Source: Spirogloea muscicola
Lineage: Eukaryota
Reading direction: 5' to 3'
Assembly (NCBI GenBank): GCA_009602725.1
Contig: WELB01000020.1
Location: forward strand, 208,944 to 245,890
DNA length: 36,947 nt
The notes under the pieces were generated by a model. That model searched no databases and was not told where the DNA came from. It saw only the letters and a program-made list of their open reading frames with translations. Numbering within the stretch: position 1 is the stretch's first letter; every line of letters begins with the position of its first letter. The translations under genes were made by a program, and so were the position numbers. This document shows positions 29,874 through 36,947 of this stretch, one piece after another.

Positions 29874-30730
29874 TCACATGGGTAGGTACATCCTGGTCAA
29901 GCGAGCACTCAGCTCGCACCTGAAACAAGGGATACAGGAGAAATTGTGTTACCCAAGGACGGCCATGGGGAACCAAAGTAATGGCAGCAGACACGCTGCA
30001 CACTGATCAAGCTGGCAGTGTACATCTTGAATACTGCACGTCGCAAAAACTGTGCCATTGGGACGAGACAGCATACACAAACAGTGCAACAAAGGTATTT
30101 ATGTGCTCTACAATATCTAGTATCTTGTGCCCAGTTCTCGTCCTTGATTTGCCCCAAACCTTACACCAGCAGTAGGGGTGACGATTGTTAGAGTTAACAT
30201 AGTCAAGCATAAAGTGATGCTTACTTGCTCGCATCTATCCATAAGAGCTTGTATACAATCAGCTTGAGGCGCCCAGTTGCCCACTTCCGGATACCCCAGT
30301 CCGTGTATAGCTGTTGCCTGCCAGCTTGTGACAATTTCCCTGCAATGGTGCTGAAGAGTTTGTCCCGCTGCTCCCTCACCCCCCTTGCTGCAGCGCTCAA
30401 AATTTCAGGTTCTAGCTCAAGGGCCTGCATGCGGCTGATCTCTGCCTGTAGACCGGAGCGGGCCCTCGATGCTTGGGGTCCCTGCCAGCAGAGGATGACA
30501 CCAATCAGTGTGAATGCAACAACAATACCACATGAATCTCAGGTATCGGCAATGTGAGAAGGTTGATATGTTGACCTACACAGGAGCAGAGAACCTGAGA
30601 TGCTTGTGATGCTGGGAGCTTACTGCTTCGCTTAGAGGCTCAAAATCAAGCTGATCATATATGGCCGTCCTCAGGCGCAGATCTACGTGATTCCTCTCCC
30701 ATGAGTCAGAGAGCTGTATCAGAAGTGGAG
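29874..30730 (-). CDS. C-terminal domain resembling the NACK/kinesin-7 tail (DUF3490)
   Basis: LLIQLSDSWERNHVDLRLRTAIY...EISRMQAL...AARGVREQRDKLFSTIAGKLSQAGRQQLYTDWGIRKWATGRLKLIVYKLLWIDASK|CELSARL resembles the kinesin-7 tail pattern II.LW..C.VSL.HR..F...E.RRL...L.RER..L...M...LS..ER..LY..WGI....K.R.LQL...LW.D......SA..V, recalled from memory. Confidence 0.65.
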
Positions 30731-33700
30731 ATATGCTGCTGTTTCTGCTGTCTTCGATGCTACCATCCCGCCTCCCCCTCTCTTTCAGGCTGGCACTTCT
30801 CTTCCAGTGACTGCTGCTCAGTGGGCTGCCACCTGACAGGGGGCTGCTTGCATCTGCTTCCCTTGGCAAGCTACCGGCAGAAATGGGAGATTTTGCTGCC
30901 TGGTTGTCTTGCGCTGCAGCCTCGTCAAACGAAAGCGTCTTTGGCGTCACTGGAGAGGAGGTGAGGCTCCAGGGCTGGGAGGAAACTGCAGTGTGGAGCG
31001 TCCGAGGGCTGAACGACTTTGACCTGAAGATGCTCAAGAAGGGCTTCTTGGCCGCAGAGGGCGAGGACACTGCCTTGCCTCCAGGCACTGGCAGGGATGG
31101 GGAAGGGGGTAGCGAATCAACTGGCCCTGCCAAAGGAGGCTGCTCTAACACAACAGAACCCCCTCCTCTCCCAGGGCTCATCTGTGCTTTGACAGGCGGG
31201 TGGATGCGACCTTCTGACATTGCTGGAACCTGGACATCCACTAGTCGGGCACCTGCTCCTGTATCCCGAGCAGCAGGTGTTGATCTTCCGGAGGTGCTGG
31301 GTGTCGTTCCACCAACACCATCAGCAGCTAGCCATCCAACGTTTGTCGATGGGGAAGCAGGAACCCACCTGGCCACCGATACTCCCTCCTCCCAGAATCC
31401 AATATCTGCGTCTTCCACCTCCTCTCCTGTTGCACTCGAGGCCTTGCTTGCAGGAATCGTTTCCATGCTAGCAGCCACCTGACCCTCCTTAATCCTCGAG
31501 AGGGAAAGGCCACCAAAGAGCTCCACAGAGCCCCCGCTCAGAACAGCCTCCTCCTGGGACACCCTCCCGGGTGAATGCTCCACCTCGATAGGCCCTCCCT
31601 CGACCTGTGAGCTCTCCCTTGTACTAGGAGAAGCTACAAGTACACGATCTGCCTCATAGTCTGCTCTGAGAGGAGACCCAATGAGAACATCCTCGTCCCC
31701 AAAATTACCATCTCCACTTGGTGCCGCTTGCAGCTCGTCAAGTGGGCTACTGCTGGCTGCCTTGAGAATGTCATCGCCCTCCAGACTCCGCCGGAGCAGC
31801 TCCCTGACCTCCTGTGAATCGAGCCTGTTTTTGACCAACTGCGGAACGTCTGCCCTGGCCAGGAGCTTCTTGCCCGCCTCTTCATTCCCCTTGGCCCACT
31901 CCAAGAACTCCTTCATTGGCTCTGACAAGAAAGGCCACCCCGGGATTCTCCTCACTAGCTCAGACATTGACAAGGTCGTCTCATCAAGCTCCTCAGCCTG
32001 CAAGCTCTCCTGCGGTGCAGCAAGAGGTTCTCCATCTAGCTCAAGAGATCCTCCTGCCAACTTGCCATTGGCAGACCCTGCAGGCTGCTCTTGATGCGCA
32101 CCAGAGCTCTGCAAAACTTGGACAGAGGGCACATCTTAGCTAGTGTAACACAGCCATCAGCAATAAATCATTGTCTAGATTGCCGACACTGTCTCGCCAA
32201 GTAAGCTACCTACTACTTCAGATGCACAACAACGTGAAAAGAGAAGGAGAGACAACATCAACAGCAGGCACTTTCACCATCACAATGGGCGGGCAGGCAT
32301 CATGATATCAAGCACCATGAGACTGCCATGAGACTTCTATTTGCAGCTCACTTTGCTCCTGCCTGATGCTGCATCGATGACCCACAATGGCTGCATCTTC
32401 TCTGTAAGACCTTGTCTCATCCCTCTCCACTGTCTTTGGATGGTTGCTGCAGCTGCTTCTTCCCTCTCCACTCTTTGCATGGCCATCAGCCTGCTCGCTT
32501 TTCTGCGAGCAAGCAGACCTCTCCAGGCAGCCTGAATGCACGATGCAGATTGTTGCTGATGCCGTCTCGCATTGGCTGCTCTCCAGGCCCTCTGAACGAC
32601 AAGGGCAGCCCTGTGCCTCTGCAGACACCTTCGGTACACCAATCCTCTCCTGATCCTCTGCACAGCCACTGCTGCAGTCTGCAACCGCATCCTCTCACGG
32701 TGTGCCCTCCAAGCCCGCTGCACTGATGTAGCTGCCCTCCTCTTCTGTGTATACTGGCTCCGAGTGCAGCTTCCCTTCCATCTTGCTTGAATGACTGACG
32801 CCGCAAGATGAGCTTCCCTCAGCTCCGATCTAGTAGCATCTCCTACTCTGTTGCTCATCCACCGACCTTGGATGGTCAGGACTGCCTGATTTCGCCTCTC
32901 CAGCTGCCTAGCGAAGCTTGCCCTCTGCATGCACCCCTTCCAGTGCGACTGTATGACAGTAGCAGCAATGTGTCGAGCGACGCGTGATCTCCATAGCTGT
33001 TGCAGAGTGACAATGTGCGACCTTGTCGCTAAGTACTGCCTGCGGACTTGCTCGCAACGCCACCTAGACTGGATCTTAACAGCAACTTCTTCTTTCCTCC
33101 TCCTGTATGCTTGCCAGCTTCTGAGTATAAGCCTAGCAGCAGCCTTCTCCCTGAGAGTCACCTTCTCCATCTCTTCAGCTTGCATACGAGCTTGCAATCG
33201 AGCTGCAGCAGCCCGCCTTGCAGCTTGAGAACCCCTCCACTGCTGCTGTATCACCCTGGCAGCCTGACGCTGAGACAGGAATTTCTGCCTAGCCAAGCTC
33301 GCCCTTCTCCGCTGCTGGAGCGACACAGCAGCAAGCTTGATGTGCTGGAACGTTGTCCTTGCCTTGTGCATCCTCCATGTAGATTGGATTAAGCTTGCGG
33401 CCAACTCCCTCCTCACTTTCTCTGGGAATCGCCAATACGTCGCCCAGTATCTGTAGTTCGCCAGAGCACTTGGAGACAGCTGTTCCAGAAGTGTCGCATT
33501 GTCCTCGTCAGAACCAGATTGAGAAGGTAGGGAAGACCCGGGTGAAGTCAAGAAGAGCCCTCTTGGCGGTCGTGGCGGAAGAGCCAGTGTGTCCACCCCA
33601 GCGGACTGCATGCCTTGTGGTCGTGGAGAAGCTGATCTTATGCGCGATGGTCTGAAGCATGGCGACGAGGCATACAGACAGACAACAGGGATTACTAGCT

Positions 33701-36700
33701 GCAGGCAAATCAGACCATCATGCAGTGAGACCGTGAGGACATTCTGAGTAGATTCTGCAAATCGGTAAAGTCTTGCCTACTGAAAAACTAACAGGCAATA
33801 AGAATCTACTGACAAGGACAAAGGCACTGCAAGCTACTACATGTGCCAATCTACTTTTCATTTAGCAAGCAGCGATGATCGACAGCAAGCAAGACATCTT
33901 TCATTTTCAGGCCGCATCTTTAGCCAACCTCCTCGCAAGACTCGAGCTGCGGCCCATGCTGATGCTGCGACTCCTCCCTGCGTTGCCTCTTCCATCTTCC
34001 AAGAACCTGGCTCTGCCAGAGCGGGCTACTTCGTCTTTGTTGAATGCTTGCCCGAACTCTGAAGCTGCAGATGAGTTGGAGGCTGGAATCAAGGGGTTGT
34101 CCTTGATGTTTTCCCCACCCTCCAACAATGATCTACGCCCTTGCGTGTCCTCAACACTGCCAAACAGCGACTCATCAATCTGTCACAAGCAGTTACTGGG
34201 AGCATAGAGCAAACTTGCTCTATGCCATATGGCCGCGGCAACAGGCAGATGAAAACAAGGCCACCAGCAATATCAAATGACTCACTTAGATGGAGCAGAG
34301 GCAACTCTGGTGAGGGCCCTCCTGCCCCGTGGTGGTGATATGCTTTGATGGCTCGAACTTCGACTATCTGGCACGTCCTCCTCGCTCTCGTCTGGATGAA
34401 GCCACTGCAGGCCACTGGAGTTTGTCTTGACAACTGCAGGCTCGCACTTGCAAGGTCAGAAATCTGAAGCAAGCGAGCAACACGGACTTGCAGTTCAGAT
34501 GCTGTCCCGAGTCCTACGACCAACACTAGAGCAGTTGTTCTTAAGCTTGCAAGCTCCCTTGCTAGCCCGGCTGTTTTCAAAGCTCGCAAAGCACAAGCAA
34601 GTCTTTGCCCAATATCGGTCCTCTGTATACTAGATCTGCACAAGCTGATATATTGCATTGCCCGTACTTGTCCCTCCTCCGACAGCTTTCTGCAGAAGCT
34701 GTAAGACAGCAGTCGCGTGATCCTGAAATGTGGATGGGAGAGCTCGAAACGTAATCACCTTTCGCCAAGCGAGCACCAACTGCATGTCTGGCAAACTCAG
34801 GGGGCCTCCGAGGTGCTACTTTGGTTGCGTGCTCCGGTATATGCTCGTGCTGCTTCAGGTGCCTCATCACCTTAGACCAATAATACACAGTGTTGGGTCT
34901 GATAGGACCTTGGGGCCCACCTGCACCAATGGAGCAATGACTAATAGGCAATAAATGACTGACATCTAATGATTACAATGCAGTAAATCTGCAAGCCACT
35001 TGTGATGCTCACTAAGCTTAGCACTCAAGCATCTGTATCATCTCCAGACTCAATCGACTGTGAGTCTCAAAGCTCATTGTCATCTCTAAACATGTTTGTA
35101 TTAACTTTCTCAACAACGGCAATGCTTCGAAAGCAAGCTGGAGCCTGGACTTCCTTGTGATCAGTACCATTATGTGTCTTGGCCAACGTCTCCCAATCAT
35201 GAGTCGCCACAGCCTCTGGACAGTACTTGAGCCAATAATGGACAACAGTCGTCTCAGCATGCTCCAGGTCCCTGCGAAGTCAGACTCAACAAGGAAACAA
35301 GTCCTCAGCTTGAGGCCAAGTGGCACCCTGGATCTGTAGTACTCTGCCGACGGCAACAGATCCTTACAGAAAATTTGCAGTACTCTGCCAACAGCATCAG
35401 ATATTAATTGAAACAACTAAACTACTGAGCTAGAGGCTTGCAGATACAAGACAAACCAATCAAAGACACCGAGAGCAACCAACCTGCACTTTGTCCAAAC
35501 GTGGCTCTTGTTGCGCCATGCATCTCTGTGATACTCCTCTGAAATTTGGTAGGGGCCAATGCTAGCGCCTGCGTCTCCATCTGGCACCAGAACCCTACAG
35601 GCATTGGAACACACATAGCACATCAAGCGCTGTCACAAGTGTGGTGAGTTACTTGTAGACAAGCTGACTCTTTCGCTTATCTTGCCAGGCTTACAGTCCT
35701 CTATGTCATTCTCTAGATGAAGAGTTGCCAACCACTCCCACATACCTTCCTCGCACTCCTTGACCAGTTTGTGGTAGGCATCAGAGCCAAGTTTTCTTAA
35801 GGAAACAAGTGATGAATACCTGTTGCTGGACTCAACAAAGCGAAGAGCGTTCAGCAGCGGTCGGAGCTCCTTTCTGGCACAGTTCATGGCCTTCCTGTGT
35901 TTCCCGTCCATCTCAGCATCTCTGCGCAGGTACTTATTAGAACCCCAGCCGTTCCCACTGGGTCCCCTCATTGGCCTGGGCGGAGGAATGTGTAGATCAT
36001 ACGGCGAATGCTGCGCACGTCCTGCAGCAAGGGCCACAGACTGCTGTGCTCAGCGCCATGACTTGACCTGCTTTTTCCCACTTCTTGACAGCCTAGCTGA
36101 GCAAGTGCAACCTGCTGTTGAACCGTCCTGGACCTGACAGATGGAGTACGCCAGTGCGTCTGACTTGCACCTAATCTATGGCAGGAACCCACAAGTAGCC
36201 AATCTTTACGAGTACATGCAAAATCTCAGGAAGGGCAGAATTCTGGCTTGCGAAGCTGGCAGGCTCAGCTTTGAGCCAGCAAGAGCTAGCTGGCTGCCAA
36301 AGGTGGCCGTTTCACCCAGACAGCCTTGACTGTCCTGACCAAAGTGAGCTGACACACTGATGATGGCCTGACCCCTACGAGCTCCTCCCGTGAAAGACCG
36401 AGCCCTCGTCAGATGGCCATCAGCAGGCCGGATGGCCGACTGGTCAGCGAGCTGGACGGACCGGGTATCAGGGGTAGGCCTGGAAAGGCTAGCGCGCCTA
36501 GCTCCGAAAGCCTATCCAGGTGACAGTACAAGCTCTAGCCACCACGCTCGGACTCCAGCGTGCAGTTCGGCCCTGGTAGCTCTGCTGGCAGAGCCCCGGC
36601 GCTCCCGTCCTGCCGGAGCACTGGACCGGCTGCGTGGCCCCTCTGCCAAGCTAATAACTTACCCTGGCTACTGGTGTTGCCTCGGGCGGGCGACGGGCCG

Positions 36701-36717
36701 CTCGTGTCCTGCTCCAT
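29874..36717 (-). CDS. Putative multidomain protein (~1365 aa): lysozyme-like (i-type/destabilase-like) domain, ~14 IQ motifs, low-complexity linker, NACK/kinesin-7 C-terminal (DUF3490)-like domain. Exons 36717-36663, 36021-35820, 35594-35484, 35271-35168, 34920-34759, 34433-34286, 34156-33929, 33651-32352, 32108-30624, 30481-30225, 29919-29874
   Basis: All 10 introns are GT-AG and phase-compatible, and the exons total 4098 nt with no internal stop. The 5' exon and the 34759/34433 link between the lysozyme and IQ parts are the least certain junctions. Confidence 0.6.
32352..33651 (-). CDS. Exon encoding ~14 tandem IQ calmodulin-binding motifs
   Basis: Repeated AA..IQ..WR[GA]...R motifs, e.g. 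AASLIQSTWRMHKAR, AARVIQQQWRGSQAAR, AVKIQSRWRCEQVRR, SASCIQAAWRGLLARR, AAATIQRQWRG. Confidence 0.9.
34850..35870 (-). CDS. Lysozyme-like domain (i-type lysozyme/destabilase-like) spread over four exons
   Basis: RPLLNALRFVESSNR|VLVPDGDAGASIGPYQISEEYHRDAW...KCR|DLEHAETTVVHYWLKYCPEAVATHDWETLAKTHNG|GPQGPIRPNTVYYWSKVMRHL. It shows VES (candidate catalytic Glu), GPYQI...Y..DA, and HNGGP.G....T..YW.KV. Confidence 0.8.
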
Positions 36718-36822
36718 GGCGCCGGAGATGCGGGCGAGCATCGCGAGCCCCCGATTGCTGGCAGCGGCCGCAGCGGGCCTGCCGGGAGCCGCGGCCCCGC
36801 GGCGGCGACGGCGGCGGCGGTG

Positions 36823-36947
<125 letters not shown>

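Noticed and set aside
32337..33611. IQ exon as part of a myosin or kinesin heavy chain
   Set aside because: No motor-domain motifs (GESGAGKT, LEAFGNAKT, SSRSH) were seen in the upstream exons.
34850..35870. Bacterial contamination as the source of the lysozyme-like sequence
   Set aside because: The domain is interrupted by three in-phase GT-AG introns and is contiguous with plant-type genes.

Overview
Eukaryotic, GC-rich, intron-dense nuclear DNA. The gene families (F-box/kelch, DUF538, SCL-type SR protein, beta-amylase, HGGG-repeat protein) point to a streptophyte, and compactness and GC suggest an alga (inference). Seven spliced genes could be reconstructed by hand with GT-AG junctions in phase: F-box/kelch (-), DUF538 (+), family-4-type glycosyltransferase (+), HGGG/WRKY19-like Cys-repeat protein (-), SCL SR splicing factor (+), beta-amylase (-) and a large minus-strand gene at 29874-36717. 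That last gene is the highlight: its exons splice in frame into one protein of about 1365 aa with an intron-split i-type-lysozyme/destabilase-like domain, about 14 IQ motifs, and a C-terminal domain resembling the NACK/kinesin-7 tail (DUF3490), with no motor domain. The regions upstream of four gene starts or divergent pairs hold decayed pieces of a CRE-like non-LTR retrotransposon: an RT fragment folded into a ~625 bp palindrome, and many 3' ends carrying the endonuclease C-terminus and 3' UTR. One N gap and two long homopolymers are probably assembly artefacts. All family assignments are by motif recognition only; no database searches were run.
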